Origin: an uncultured Gammaproteobacteria bacterium
GTDB lineage: Bacteria; Patescibacteriota; Patescibacteriia; Magasanikbacterales; UBA922
DNA: 64,000 bases
Reading direction: 5' to 3'
Assembly (NCBI GenBank): GCA_964345045.1
Contig: CAYFPM010000003.1
Location: 70,038 to 134,037, forward strand
A program made the position numbers and the translations under genes. Below are positions 19,098 through 29,695 of the stretch, one piece after another. A model generated the notes under the pieces. The model saw nothing but the letters and a program-made list of their open reading frames with translations, was not told the DNA's origin and ran no database searches. Position 1 is the first letter of the stretch; each line of letters begins with the position of its first letter.

Positions 19098-19965
19098 AAG
19101 CGGCTTTTCTCATGCCATTGTCTTCTTCTCTTCCATCGGCCTTCATAGCAGCATATAATTCTTCTAGTGCTTGTAATCTTTTTGCTACCGACTGATCACC
19201 TGATGTTTGGGATTCTTTTTGTAGTAATCCTATAACTTGTTCTAATTTTGTTTCAAAAAGTTCTACCGCTTCTGCAATAGAGGTCGCCTCTGGAGGTAAT
19301 TTTAACAATTCAACAGAGATACCTTCTATTATTTTTCTTACATCCCCTTCTCTAGAAGCTACTGCCAATTTAGTTTCGTTAGATAGTCCTCCCAAATGTT
19401 TAACAACTTCTGCCGTCAAAGTTTCTCTATAATCTCCTAGATCTGGAACCTCTTCTATATCCAAAATAGGCTCTCCTTTTTTTGCAAAAGCACCTATCTT
19501 TTCTGGAGGGGCATCTGGTACTCCCGAAGCATATTCTCTCTCTGGGGCTGTCTCTGGTACACCCCACACAGAACCAACGGGATCTTTTGGATCAAAAGCT
19601 TCTAGTGTTGTTTCACCTGCTACTTGTCGAGCAGGTTGCCCAGACTGAGCTTCTCCATGTACACCAACATCTAAACTTTCTGGAGATTCACCTAGATCAA
19701 AAGTTTTACGTCCCAATCTTTCATCAACTTTTTCAGCATCACCACGAGATCTAACATCATCTGGCACCCCATAACGAGGGCCAGGTGTTCTTGGTTCACT
19801 TAACTTAACGTCTTGACCTTGACCAAATTGATCTTCAAAAACTTCATGCCCCATTCTTTCAGTTGTTTCCATAGCTTCTTCACGACTCATTTTATCATCT
19901 GGAACTCCATAATCTGGCTTACGGCCAAAAGTCTCGGCCATTCTTCTTCTAAAATGTCCTAACAT
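19096..19965 (-). CDS. Hypothetical acidic soluble protein with internal YGVPDD-containing repeats.
   Basis: The protein is 289 aa with no TM. The repeats read KPDYGVPDDKMSREE...RYGVPDDVRSRGDAE...SGVPDAPPE. G+C is moderately elevated. A terminator lies downstream. Confidence 0.6.
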   Translation of the reverse strand: MLGHFRRRMAETFGRKPDYGVPDDKMSREEAMETTERMGHEVFEDQFGQGQDVKLSEPRTPGPRYGVPDDVRSRGDAEKVDERLGRKTFDLGESPESLDVGVHGEAQSGQPARQVAGETTLEAFDPKDPVGSVWGVPETAPEREYASGVPDAPPEKIGAFAKKGEPILDIEEVPDLGDYRETLTAEVVKHLGGLSNETKLAVASREGDVRKIIEGISVELLKLPPEATSIAEAVELFETKLEQVIGLLQKESQTSGDQSVAKRLQALEELYAAMKADGREEDNGMRKAA

Positions 19966-20106
19966 ATTTTTTCACTTAAAAATACTTATTAAAATAATAA
20001 CATGAAACAGATAAATATACACTATTTTTGCCATTTTGTCAAGCCCTTGAATGTCACCCCCTTTACAAAAACCATAAAGTATTGTAAAAAAAATATGGGG
20101 GTATAA

Positions 20107-20292
20107 ATGGATTTAAGAGGCGTAATCCTCTTCTTGGCTACTGCGATCGTCGTCGTTATCTTTGTGGTGATGCTACAATCTGGCGTCGATATAACCAACC
20201 TACAGCAAGTACTAGAGGAAATAAGAAAGTGGCCTGCCCAAATAATCGGCCTAACTATTCTGTTCAGCGCTATTCTTGCCTGTTTCAAATAA
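20107..20292 (+). CDS. Small single-TM membrane protein (61 aa).
   Basis: A GGGGG Shine-Dalgarno lies 6 nt upstream of the ATG. The hydrophobic helix is VILFLATAIVVVIFVVML. It is preferred over the overlapping antisense 96-aa ORF. Confidence 0.4.
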   Translation: MDLRGVILFLATAIVVVIFVVMLQSGVDITNLQQVLEEIRKWPAQIIGLTILFSAILACFK

Positions 20293-20340
20293 CGGTCAGA
20301 CAGACAACCCAAGGGGAACTGACCAAAAAATCAAATTTAA

Positions 20341-20372
20341 AAAAAGAGCTTTTTGGCTCTTTTTAATTTAAA
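20341..20372. terminator. Bidirectional intrinsic terminator.
   Basis: aaaaAGAGCtttttGGCTCTttttaattt. It serves the + small ORF and the convergent minus-strand asnB-like gene. Confidence 0.55.
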
Positions 20373-22207
20373 CTAACTTTAAACTTTTTAAACCATATTT
20401 GAAAAACAATCAAAGCCCAAAGCAAGTTCATGTGGTAAGCCCGCATCTCTATATGATCGTCCAACATTTTTTTAATCTCTACAAAATCAAAAATCTCTTT
20501 AGTTTCAATATTATAATCCGGCGACAAAACCTCGTAAGCCAAATTCTTTAGTTCTCTTCTAAGCCAAGCAGAAGTTGGAGAAAACCAACCTCGCTTGGGC
20601 TGATTGAACAAATACTCTGGGATATAATCTTGCAAGGCTTCTTTAAAAATAGCTTTGGTATTTTTACCGTCTATTTTCCAATCGGTTGGTATTTGCAAAG
20701 ACAATTCAACCAATCTATGATCCAATATGGGCACTCTTTGCTCCAAACCATGTGCCATAGTCATCTTGTCACTACGCAACAAAGACTCATCGGGCAACCA
20801 AGACCTTACATCGGCCCACATAAAATTTTTCTCAAAATCTTTGTCCAATTTTGCAAAATACTGATTATTATAAAAATCACTAGTAATGTTTAAATTATTT
20901 TTATTTTTTTTCAAAAATCTTGCTACATTTTTTTCTTTCTGTGCCATAAATGTCAAATATCTTTCTACCCCCGGTTCCAGCTCAAATTTATGCAAAGAAG
21001 TTTTGTATTTGGCAAAAAAAGACAAAAGAGGCTTAGCTGTACTTTTTATAACTTTTGGCAATTTTTGGTAGTCACTGATTAATTTACTAAGTCTATAACG
21101 TTCGTATCCACCAAAAAGCTCGTCACCACCATCTCCTCCCAAAACCACAGTTACATCTTTTACAGTTTCTTTGGCTAGTAAATAAGTAGAAATCTGAGTA
21201 GCATTGGCCACGGGTTCATCCATGTGGTATACCACTGACTCCAGATTATCTAGAGCGTCTTTGCCTGTTATATATATTTCTTTGTGATCAGTGTCAAAAT
21301 ATTTGGCAGTTTTTTGTGCCAATTTGGCATCAGCATTAAACTTATCCGGATTAACATCATAAGCTGCCGAAAAAGTCTTTACTTTGTTTTTTGTATTTTC
21401 TGTTACCAAACCGGTAATAATAGAAGAGTCAATTCCTCCACTAAGAAAAACTCCTACTGGCCTATCGGAAATAAGCTGCATATTTACCGACTCTTTCATT
21501 AGGCTTCTTATATTTTGTTTTGCGTCTTCTTGGCTAGAAAGATTGGTAAACTTACTTGGCTGCCAATATTTTTTAATTGTTAATTTTTTATCTTTGAAAA
21601 TTAAACAAGAACCAGGTTCTAGTTTTTTTATCCCTTCAAACATAGTGAGAGGGGCTGGCACATACAACATTCGCAAATAAATATTCAAAGCTTCCAAATT
21701 TAATTTCTTGGGGATGTCGTGTTCCAAAATAGATTTTATCTCCGAAGAAAACAAGAGCTTACCCTTGTCATAAAAATAATAGAGTGGTTTTACTCCTATT
21801 CTATCTCTCCCTATAAACAAAGTTCCCTTATTTTTATCCCAAATTGCAAAAGCAAAAATTCCATTTAAATACTCTACACATTTTTCACCATACTCTTGAT
21901 AAAGTGCCAAAATAACTTCTGAATCAGTTTGTGATTGAAATTTGTAACCTTTGTTTTGCAAATCCTTTTTTAACTCCTCAAAGTTATATATTTCTCCATT
22001 GTACACCAATACCAAATTTTTGTTGTCAAAAAACATTGGTTGGTGACCTTTGTCACTAAGATCAATAATAGAAAGTCTAGTATGGCCAAGTGAAATTTTT
22101 TCATCAACAAAAAAACCATCGTCATCTGGTCCACGATGTTTTAATTTTTCATTCATGGTTTTTATCAAATTTTCATCTTGAAAATTAAAACCATTTATTC
22201 CACACAT
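20363..22207 (-). CDS. asnB: AsnB-family glutamine amidotransferase, second paralogue.
   Basis: The protein starts MCGINGF. SGGIDSS is present along with a C-terminal synthetase domain. Confidence 0.85.
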   Translation of the reverse strand: MCGINGFNFQDENLIKTMNEKLKHRGPDDDGFFVDEKISLGHTRLSIIDLSDKGHQPMFFDNKNLVLVYNGEIYNFEELKKDLQNKGYKFQSQTDSEVILALYQEYGEKCVEYLNGIFAFAIWDKNKGTLFIGRDRIGVKPLYYFYDKGKLLFSSEIKSILEHDIPKKLNLEALNIYLRMLYVPAPLTMFEGIKKLEPGSCLIFKDKKLTIKKYWQPSKFTNLSSQEDAKQNIRSLMKESVNMQLISDRPVGVFLSGGIDSSIITGLVTENTKNKVKTFSAAYDVNPDKFNADAKLAQKTAKYFDTDHKEIYITGKDALDNLESVVYHMDEPVANATQISTYLLAKETVKDVTVVLGGDGGDELFGGYERYRLSKLISDYQKLPKVIKSTAKPLLSFFAKYKTSLHKFELEPGVERYLTFMAQKEKNVARFLKKNKNNLNITSDFYNNQYFAKLDKDFEKNFMWADVRSWLPDESLLRSDKMTMAHGLEQRVPILDHRLVELSLQIPTDWKIDGKNTKAIFKEALQDYIPEYLFNQPKRGWFSPTSAWLRRELKNLAYEVLSPDYNIETKEIFDFVEIKKMLDDHIEMRAYHMNLLWALIVFQIWFKKFKVSLN

Positions 22208-22233
22208 ATAATTACAAAAGCAAACAATCGAGA

Positions 22234-23442
22234 TTAATTTATTTCTTCTATAGCTTTTTTAACAGTATTATCCAAAACTTCGATAGAAAATTGTTTTTTA
22301 CTCTTTGCTTTAGCATTTTCCGAAAGCTTTTTTCTTTTTTCAGTTGAAATCAATTCTTCCAAAGCATCTACAAAATCGTTTGGAGTAACTCCAACCAAAA
22401 CGTCTTCTCCCGGTGTATAATCATAATCTGCTACTCCACGCTCGTGCGTAATAGTTGGGAATCCTCTGGCCAAGGGTTCGAATATTTTTTGTTGCATCCC
22501 AGCCCCCCGCAGCGAAGGAACAATTGCAATGTCCATCTGTGCCAAAAAATTTTCGATATCATCTACAAATCCTTCGTACACCACATTGTCTACTAAATAA
22601 TTTTTCAAATCTTCTGGGAATTTATTGCCAGTAATATGAAACTGAAATTGATTCCCAAATTTTTTGTAAACCATGGGGGCTACTTCTTTTATAATAAATT
22701 CCAAAGCATGACGATTGTGACTAACATTATAAGTAGAACCTGAAAAAAATATATGCAATTTTTCTTTTTCTTTTGGGGTGTGAGTATCCAATTTTTTGTA
22801 CATGGCTCGAATTGGCAAATTGTATATTTTTTCTCTGCGTAATTTTTTATAAGTTTTTAATTCTTTTGGAGTGATAGAAAACAAAACATCGGCAACTTTG
22901 GCAGTAATCACTTCGGTAAAATATTTTGGAATGAATTTGAGATAATTTATCAAAGATCTACCATCTTCATCCAAAAAATGAAAAGCTTCAAAATTAATCG
23001 ATCGAACTAAAATTGGGGTACTCCTTTTTTTGGCAAATTTGTATAGTGGCCAAAGATAAGTATAATCCAACCAAACATAATCTGGTTTAAAATTATCTAA
23101 TTCTTTTTCAAAAATCTTTTGGACATTTGGTTCGGTATATTCCAAAACCGAACCATCTACATACCAAGGATGAGTTAGTACGTATAAATACTTTTTAAAT
23201 TTATTGGGAGCAAATTTTGTTCCATATATGTATGGAACCGGAATTATTTCTACATTTTCTTTTTTCCAAAATTCAACTACTTCTTCTTGATTTTGCCAAT
23301 CAAAAAATTTACCAATTACTTTTACTTCGTAGCCAAGTCTTTTTAATTGTCGAATACCATCGGCTCTATCTTGTTCACAAGCTCCAGCTTCTGGATAAGG
23401 AAACCTAGGAGTAACCAATAATATTTTCTTTTTTTCTTGCAT
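22234..23442 (-). CDS. Glycosyltransferase family 4-like (GT-B).
   Basis: C-terminal region ...IAIVPSLRGAGMQQKIFEPLARGFPTITHERG.... Confidence 0.7.
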   Translation of the reverse strand: MQEKKKILLVTPRFPYPEAGACEQDRADGIRQLKRLGYEVKVIGKFFDWQNQEEVVEFWKKENVEIIPVPYIYGTKFAPNKFKKYLYVLTHPWYVDGSVLEYTEPNVQKIFEKELDNFKPDYVWLDYTYLWPLYKFAKKRSTPILVRSINFEAFHFLDEDGRSLINYLKFIPKYFTEVITAKVADVLFSITPKELKTYKKLRREKIYNLPIRAMYKKLDTHTPKEKEKLHIFFSGSTYNVSHNRHALEFIIKEVAPMVYKKFGNQFQFHITGNKFPEDLKNYLVDNVVYEGFVDDIENFLAQMDIAIVPSLRGAGMQQKIFEPLARGFPTITHERGVADYDYTPGEDVLVGVTPNDFVDALEELISTEKRKKLSENAKAKSKKQFSIEVLDNTVKKAIEEIN

Positions 23443-23445
23443 ATT

Positions 23446-24363
23446 TTAAATCCTTTTTAACCAATATTTATACATATCTGCAAAAGTTTGTTCGTGTGAA
23501 ATTTTTGGTTGCCAATCAATTAGTGATTGCAAGTAAGATGTGTCTCCATACAAATCCATTACATCATTTTTGCGCACAAATCTAGGATTTACTCTCACTT
23601 CTACGTCTTTCAAATTAGCCAATTTTTTACCAAACTCAATTACTTCTTTTAGAGAAATAGATTTTCCACTACACACATTTACCTTTATACCAAATTTGTC
23701 TTGTTCCAACAGAAGTCTATATGCCAAAACAAAATCTCTTACATCGGACAAATCTCTTTTTACTTCTGTATTACCAAGTTCAAGATAATCTCTTTTTCCT
23801 TGCCCAATTTCTGCAATTTGTTTAATAATTTTTGACATTACAAAAGTTTCGGGTCTACCAGGTCCGGTATGATTAAAACTTCTGGTAACAATTATGGGGA
23901 CTTTTTCTTTGTATTTGTCGCAAAGTTCTTCTTGATTTATTCTAGTTTCCGAATAAACCCCCACTCCATACAAAGGATGTTTTTCGTCTATAGGTAAATA
24001 TTCTGGTCTACCATAAACATGTACCGAACCTGCTACCAAAATCTTGGGAACTGATTCCAAATTGGAGGCTGCTCGCAAAATATTTTCTGTACCTCCCACA
24101 TTTATATCTCTTGCCACCTGTGGGTTCTGTTCACATTCTCCAAGCGAACTAATTCCTGCCAAATGAAATATGTGAGTTGGTTTTAATTTATCAAAGATAC
24201 TTTGCAAATTATCTATTTGCCTAATATCACATTGATAATAATTTTTTTCATTACTATCACCTCTACCAATACCAAAAACTTCATAGCCATCCCCCTCTAA
24301 TTCTTTTTTTAAATACGGAGCCACAAAACCTTGTGCCCCAGTAATAATGGCTTTTTTTGACAT
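23446..24363 (-). CDS. GDP-4-keto-6-deoxy-D-mannose reductase-like SDR (Rmd/GDP-6-deoxy-D-talose synthase-like).
   Basis: AIITGAQGFVAPYLKKELE is a Rossmann motif. It is about 305 aa long and lies adjacent to gmd. Confidence 0.7.
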   Translation of the reverse strand: MSKKAIITGAQGFVAPYLKKELEGDGYEVFGIGRGDSNEKNYYQCDIRQIDNLQSIFDKLKPTHIFHLAGISSLGECEQNPQVARDINVGGTENILRAASNLESVPKILVAGSVHVYGRPEYLPIDEKHPLYGVGVYSETRINQEELCDKYKEKVPIIVTRSFNHTGPGRPETFVMSKIIKQIAEIGQGKRDYLELGNTEVKRDLSDVRDFVLAYRLLLEQDKFGIKVNVCSGKSISLKEVIEFGKKLANLKDVEVRVNPRFVRKNDVMDLYGDTSYLQSLIDWQPKISHEQTFADMYKYWLKRI

Positions 24364-24380
24364 AAGACTTTTTAGAAATT

Positions 24381-25358
24381 CTAAGCCTCTAATTCTTTCA
24401 AATCATGTTCAACCATGATTTTTACAAGATCCTTAAATTTAACTTTTGGTTCCCAATTTAATTTTTCTTTTGCTTTGGCCGCGTCCCCAATAAGCAAGTC
24501 TACTTCGGCCGGACGAAGATAACGTTCATCAAAACCAACATAATCTTGCCAGTTTTCGATTCCAACTACAGCAAAAGCTTCTTTTACAAAATCTCTTACA
24601 GTGTGGGTTTCTCCTGTAGCAATTACATAGTCATCTGGCTTGTCTTGCTGCAACATTAGCCACATAGCTTCTACATATTCTTTGGCATATCCCCAATCAC
24701 GCTTGGCATCCAAATTACCCAAAATCAATTTATCTCTTTTGCCTTTTTTGATCTCGGCTACAGCTTTGCTTATTTTTTTGGTTACAAAATTTTCACCACG
24801 TCTTGGTGATTCGTGATTAAACAAAATTCCAGAACAAGCAAACATTCCATAACTCTCACGATAGTTGACTGTTTGATGATGGGCAAAAACTTTGGCACAA
24901 CCATATGGACTACGTGGATGAAACGGAGTTTCCTCATTTTGAGGAACCGCTTTTACTTTACCAAACATCTCACTACTAGAAGCTTGATAAAACTTGGTTT
25001 TTATATTGCTTTCTCTAATAGCTTCCAAAATTCTAACTACACCAAGGGCGTCTATATCTGTGGTGTAAGCCGGGATATCAAAACTAATACGCACATGGCT
25101 TTGGGCAGCCAAATTATAAACTTCGTCCGGTTGAATTTTGTAAAGCAACCTAGACAAGTTGGTGCCATCGTTTAGATCTCCATAATGAAGATGTAATTTG
25201 TGTTTTTCTCCGGGTTTGGACAAATGATCCAACCTAGAACGAATCAAGGTACTATTTCTACGTACAATTCCGTGGACTTCGTAACCTTTTTCTAATAACA
25301 ATTCTGCCAAGTATGATCCATCTTGACCAGTAATACCTGTTATAAATGCTTTTTTCAT
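24381..25358 (-). CDS. gmd: GDP-mannose 4,6-dehydratase.
   Basis: [35 protein letters not shown] is a near-invariant Gmd N-terminus. The start is taken at MKKAF. Confidence 0.9.
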   Translation of the reverse strand: MKKAFITGITGQDGSYLAELLLEKGYEVHGIVRRNSTLIRSRLDHLSKPGEKHKLHLHYGDLNDGTNLSRLLYKIQPDEVYNLAAQSHVRISFDIPAYTTDIDALGVVRILEAIRESNIKTKFYQASSSEMFGKVKAVPQNEETPFHPRSPYGCAKVFAHHQTVNYRESYGMFACSGILFNHESPRRGENFVTKKISKAVAEIKKGKRDKLILGNLDAKRDWGYAKEYVEAMWLMLQQDKPDDYVIATGETHTVRDFVKEAFAVVGIENWQDYVGFDERYLRPAEVDLLIGDAAKAKEKLNWEPKVKFKDLVKIMVEHDLKELEA

Positions 25359-25462
25359 ACAAATCAATTAAAGAAAAAATTCCAAAAGAAAAATATTTCA
25401 CTCCCCTCCAAAACTAATTTTGGAGGATTAGATTCACTTTTCTTAAGAATTTAATTGCTAGA

Positions 25463-26398
25463 TCATGAATAATTATATTTTTTACTTAACTGGCTAAACC
25501 AACTTTTGTAAATCTCTTTTATCATGTCGTTATAAGAAATTTCTGCTTGCCAATTTACAGTTTCTTTTAGCCTACTATTATCTCCATACAGATCCAATAC
25601 ATCATTAGGGCGAACAAAATCAGGATTTACTCTTACCTCTACAGCTTCTAATTGGGCTAGTACTCTACCACTTTCAATTATATCTTTCAAGGAAATAGAA
25701 ACCCCTCTACAGACATTAATAATTTGCCCAAATTTAGCTTCTTCCAAGAGCATTCTGTAAGCTTTGACTACGTCACGCACATCTAATATATCCCTTTTTA
25801 TTTCTGTATTTCCCATTTCCAAAAAATCTCTCTTGCCAAGCTTGATTTCACAAATTTGTTTAATTATTTTGGAAACTACAAATGAATCAGTCTGTCCAAC
25901 CCCGGTATGATTGAAACTTCTGACAATTATTATATCTAATTTTTCAAAGTATTCTTTGGCCATTTCCTCCATTTCTATTCTCACTTTAGCATAAACATTT
26001 TTGCCATTAAGCGGATGATCTTCGTCTATCGGCAAATATTCTGGAGCACCATAAACCGTGCTAGAGCTAGCGAGCAAAACTTTTGGTTTTACTTGCGAAT
26101 CAAGAGCTGTTAACAAAATATTTTTTGCTCCAGTTACAGTAACTGCTCTGGCATTTTCTTCATCCTTTTGGGCAGCTCCGGGGATTCCTACAGCCGCCAA
26201 ATGAAAAACAAAGTCCGGTTTTATTTTCTCAAAAACTTCTCTAACCTGATTACTATCTGTTACATCCATCACAAAATAATTTTTTCTTGTGTCTTTTTTT
26301 CTTCCTGTTACAAAAACTTCATAACCTTTTTCTTCTAATTCATGCACCATGTGTGGAGCCACAAAACCATGAATACCCGTAACAAGCGCTTTTTTCAT
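25463..26398 (-). CDS. Second Rmd-like GDP-4-keto-6-deoxymannose reductase paralogue.
   Basis: ALVTGIHGFVAPHMVHELEEKGYEVFVTG. It is collinear with 23446..24363 along its whole length. Confidence 0.7.
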   Translation of the reverse strand: MKKALVTGIHGFVAPHMVHELEEKGYEVFVTGRKKDTRKNYFVMDVTDSNQVREVFEKIKPDFVFHLAAVGIPGAAQKDEENARAVTVTGAKNILLTALDSQVKPKVLLASSSTVYGAPEYLPIDEDHPLNGKNVYAKVRIEMEEMAKEYFEKLDIIIVRSFNHTGVGQTDSFVVSKIIKQICEIKLGKRDFLEMGNTEIKRDILDVRDVVKAYRMLLEEAKFGQIINVCRGVSISLKDIIESGRVLAQLEAVEVRVNPDFVRPNDVLDLYGDNSRLKETVNWQAEISYNDMIKEIYKSWFSQLSKKYNYS

Positions 26399-26399
26399 A

Positions 26400-27380
26400 C
26401 TAAACTTTTTTAATTTTCTCTACCCAAGCTTCTCTATTTTCTATTGGGACTATTTCTACACGCTCACTTTGCTTTAACTCAAAATTAGCCACCCCCACGT
26501 CATTCATTATTATTTTTGTCCCAGCAGCATTTGCTTCCATAGCTACCAAACCATACCCTTCGCTAGAGCTTGGAAACAAAACACAATCTGCTGTTTTGAT
26601 ATAACTAATATGCTCGTCAGTCCAATTTTCGAATTTAATATTTTTGCTAAAATTTACTTGTCTTAACAATTTATTTTTTTGGCTCCCCTCTCCTACTACA
26701 AGCAATAATGAATTCCCCAAACCAGACTGTTTTTGAAAAATATCCAATAAAAATTGAATATTTTTTATTCTTTCTATTCTCCCCAAAAACAAAAATATTT
26801 TTTCAAAAGTAGGATATTTTTTATGCAAATCTATTTTTGGATTATAATTTTTAATTTTCTCTATGTCCAAAGATATTGGTTTAATCGTTATGTTTTTTTC
26901 TTCTACACCTAAATTAACTAAACTTTTTTTTATTCTTTGCCCTACTACTCTCAATTGATCTGCCTTGAAAACAATTCTTTTACCAATTTGGTATTGCAAC
27001 CAATTTTTAAAACCACTTTTTTTATAATAACCTGAACTAAAAAAATCTCCATGAAGTTGCACCTCCAAACTTTTTCCTGTTTTTTTCTTTAGACAAAAAC
27101 CAATTAAACCCAGAAAAAAAGGATCTTGAGTGGTGATACTTTTTATATTATTTTCTTTTATAACTTTTAACCCTATTTTTTTGAGACGAAAAAACTGTTG
27201 CAACTTGTTACCACCAGTGGAAACAATATGAACTTGAGGGCTAAGCTTAAAATTCTTTTTTTCTTTGCTTGGTACCAAAACAAAAAGTTCTTGTTCTTCT
27301 CCATAAGAAATCATCCGCTTGGCCACAGAAGAGTCTTTGTCCAAAATCTTTTTGTCTAGACTAATCATCAACTGCGACAT
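26400..27380 (-). CDS. Glycosyltransferase family 4.
   Basis: The C-terminal sequence EGYGLVAMEANAAGTKIIMNDVGVANFEL is an EX7E-type motif. Confidence 0.7.
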   Translation of the reverse strand: MSQLMISLDKKILDKDSSVAKRMISYGEEQELFVLVPSKEKKNFKLSPQVHIVSTGGNKLQQFFRLKKIGLKVIKENNIKSITTQDPFFLGLIGFCLKKKTGKSLEVQLHGDFFSSGYYKKSGFKNWLQYQIGKRIVFKADQLRVVGQRIKKSLVNLGVEEKNITIKPISLDIEKIKNYNPKIDLHKKYPTFEKIFLFLGRIERIKNIQFLLDIFQKQSGLGNSLLLVVGEGSQKNKLLRQVNFSKNIKFENWTDEHISYIKTADCVLFPSSSEGYGLVAMEANAAGTKIIMNDVGVANFELKQSERVEIVPIENREAWVEKIKKV

Positions 27381-28519
27381 AAATTTGTTATTACCTTCTT
27401 GGTATCTTCTACCATTTTTGTAAGTGCAAATTTTTCAAAAAAATCATCCTTTTCTTTTTCTGACCAATCGAGATTATTTTTCGAAATCATTTTGATAATT
27501 TTTTCTTCCATTTCTTTTTCATTATTGTAAGCAAAAAGTTCGCCATTCCCCCCTTTAATAATTAATTCACTATTGCCACCAACATCACTGGCAAGTACAG
27601 GAAGATCGGCAAAAATTGCTTCGAGTAGCACATGAGACAATCCTTCGTAACTACTATTTAATACAAAAACAGAACTTTTTTTCATTTCTTTCAAAACTTC
27701 TTCGTGTCCCACATTACCAAAAAATTTAACTTTTTTTTCTATTTGTAAATTGGCAGTTAACTTTTTTAAGTTTTTCATTTCTGGTCCGTCCCCCACTATT
27801 TTTAATGTAGTCTCCGGCATTTCTTTGTTTACCCCTCGAAAAACTTTTATAAGAGTATCTACTCCTTTCCAAGGCACCAAACGTCCAACAAAAATAATTG
27901 AATTATCTCTTTCTACTTTTTTTGGCAAATTTTTTTTAAATTCTGCAGTATTATAAACCACTTCTATACAATGTCTATTTGCCCCCCAATTTTTTACAAT
28001 CTTTTTCAAATATTCACTTGGAACAATTACAGTGTTAGCTTGTTTACAAACAAAATGTTCGACCCATTTTAAAAATTTTATTTTAAAAGGCAAAGCAATA
28101 TTTTTTTTCTGAAAATCATCAATAGAAACAAATTTAGAATCATTAACTTTTGATTCCAAATTCATATACTGTTCCCAAGCATAATCCCCCACCACTTTTA
28201 CTACAAAAGTTTTTCGAAATAATTTGGCGAGTAACATAGAAGGGAAACCAGCGTTTACCGGCCCCATGGCATAGACCACATCTGTAGCAATAATATTTTT
28301 TAGAAGTAGCCAAAAATAATGTAAATACTTCAAAAATTTATTATTGAATCTAACCGCTGACAATGAACAATTTATCATTGATTTGTCCGAATTGGAATTA
28401 AGTGACACTACTCTTACATCATCACCTAATTTTGTAAATTCATTGGCCAAAGTAACCACATAAGTAGCCGGACCTCCAACTTGTGGTGGAAAAATATCTG
28501 CTGCCAACAAAATTTTCAT
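27368..28519 (-). CDS. Glycosyltransferase family 4.
   Basis: The protein starts MKILLAADIFPPQVGGPATYV, and EGLSHVLLEAIFADLPVLASDVGGNSELI is present. Confidence 0.8.
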   Translation of the reverse strand: MKILLAADIFPPQVGGPATYVVTLANEFTKLGDDVRVVSLNSNSDKSMINCSLSAVRFNNKFLKYLHYFWLLLKNIIATDVVYAMGPVNAGFPSMLLAKLFRKTFVVKVVGDYAWEQYMNLESKVNDSKFVSIDDFQKKNIALPFKIKFLKWVEHFVCKQANTVIVPSEYLKKIVKNWGANRHCIEVVYNTAEFKKNLPKKVERDNSIIFVGRLVPWKGVDTLIKVFRGVNKEMPETTLKIVGDGPEMKNLKKLTANLQIEKKVKFFGNVGHEEVLKEMKKSSVFVLNSSYEGLSHVLLEAIFADLPVLASDVGGNSELIIKGGNGELFAYNNEKEMEEKIIKMISKNNLDWSEKEKDDFFEKFALTKMVEDTKKVITNLCRS

Positions 28520-28521
28520 AT

Positions 28522-29688
28522 TTAACGAGTCATTCTATTAAAAACATCCAACATCTTGCTTGAGACATCTTGCCAAGTATATTCTTTTTCTACCATTTGT
28601 TTGGATTTTTGTATTACACTTTCTACTTCTTTTTCATTTTTTTCATCTATAATATACATGATTTTTTCTGCTATCGACCTGGCATCATTTACATTACAAA
28701 ACCAACCTGTTTTTCCTTCTTTCAAAAAATCCACTATACCCCCAACTGGTGTAGCAACTACCGGGATACCAGCGGCCATAGCTTCTAAAAAAGAATTTCC
28801 CAAACCTTCGGTCAAACTAGGCCTACAAAAAACATCGGCGATATGTAAATAATTGGGAATTTCATGATGAGGAACAGAACCAACAAAATGTACTCTATCG
28901 AGGGAACTTAATCTTTTGGCCAATGTTTGTAATTCTTGACACAAAGGACCAGAACCAACTACCAAAAGATGAACATGTCCAGGCAAAAGAGCTATGGCAG
29001 ACACAAGATGACCAATGCCATTTTTCTTGACTAATCTAGAAGTAGTTACTACTACTTTGGCATCTCTAGGTAGATTAAACTTATCTTTTATTTCTTTTTG
29101 TAATCTAAAATCTAAATTCTGAAATTTCTTTATATCCACGGCATTGGGAACAACTTCTATATTTGCCTGACTCCCCAACCTTTTGGCCCAATCTGCCAAA
29201 TAATTACTAATAGCTTGAATAGAATCAGCCTTTTTGAAAATATCTTTAAATTTATTTTTTATAAAAGGAATATCTACTTTTCCTTCTACTTCGGACAAAT
29301 TATCACCTTCTTGTAATGTTAAAAGAAATGGAATTTTTGGATATAAATTTTTGAAGTGCAATGCCCCAAAACCAGAAAAACTGGCCATAATAGACCAGAT
29401 CAAACTATAATTATTTTTTTTGTGAAGTTGTCTTGCCAATTTGACCGAACGAAATGGAAAAAGTAGTTTGTCTATTTTGCCGGCACAACAACCCAATCTA
29501 TATACATATACATTGCCTATTTTTTCTACTTTTGGATCTTTTTTACTCAATCGTACAGTCAACAAATCAAAATCATACTCATCGGACAAACGTTCTGTAA
29601 TTTTGGCTACAGCCACTTCTGCTCCGCCAACATGTGGCAAATAAGCTGTAGAGAAAATTAAGATCTTTTTTTTCTTATCCTTTTTCAT
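28522..29688 (-). CDS. Glycosyltransferase family 4.
   Basis: GGAEVAVAKITERL and EGLGNSFLEAMAAGIPVVATPVGGIVDFL are present. I chose the ATG at 29688 (MKKDKKKK) over the TTG at 29712. Confidence 0.8.
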   Translation of the reverse strand: MKKDKKKKILIFSTAYLPHVGGAEVAVAKITERLSDEYDFDLLTVRLSKKDPKVEKIGNVYVYRLGCCAGKIDKLLFPFRSVKLARQLHKKNNYSLIWSIMASFSGFGALHFKNLYPKIPFLLTLQEGDNLSEVEGKVDIPFIKNKFKDIFKKADSIQAISNYLADWAKRLGSQANIEVVPNAVDIKKFQNLDFRLQKEIKDKFNLPRDAKVVVTTSRLVKKNGIGHLVSAIALLPGHVHLLVVGSGPLCQELQTLAKRLSSLDRVHFVGSVPHHEIPNYLHIADVFCRPSLTEGLGNSFLEAMAAGIPVVATPVGGIVDFLKEGKTGWFCNVNDARSIAEKIMYIIDEKNEKEVESVIQKSKQMVEKEYTWQDVSSKMLDVFNRMTR

Positions 29689-29695
29689 ATAGGAT

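Noticed and set aside
20022-20312. A 96-aa minus-strand ORF.
   Set aside because: It is mutually exclusive with the + strand 61-aa ORF. The + strand ORF has a GGGGG Shine-Dalgarno and a clean TM helix. The minus ORF has no start context and an odd composition.
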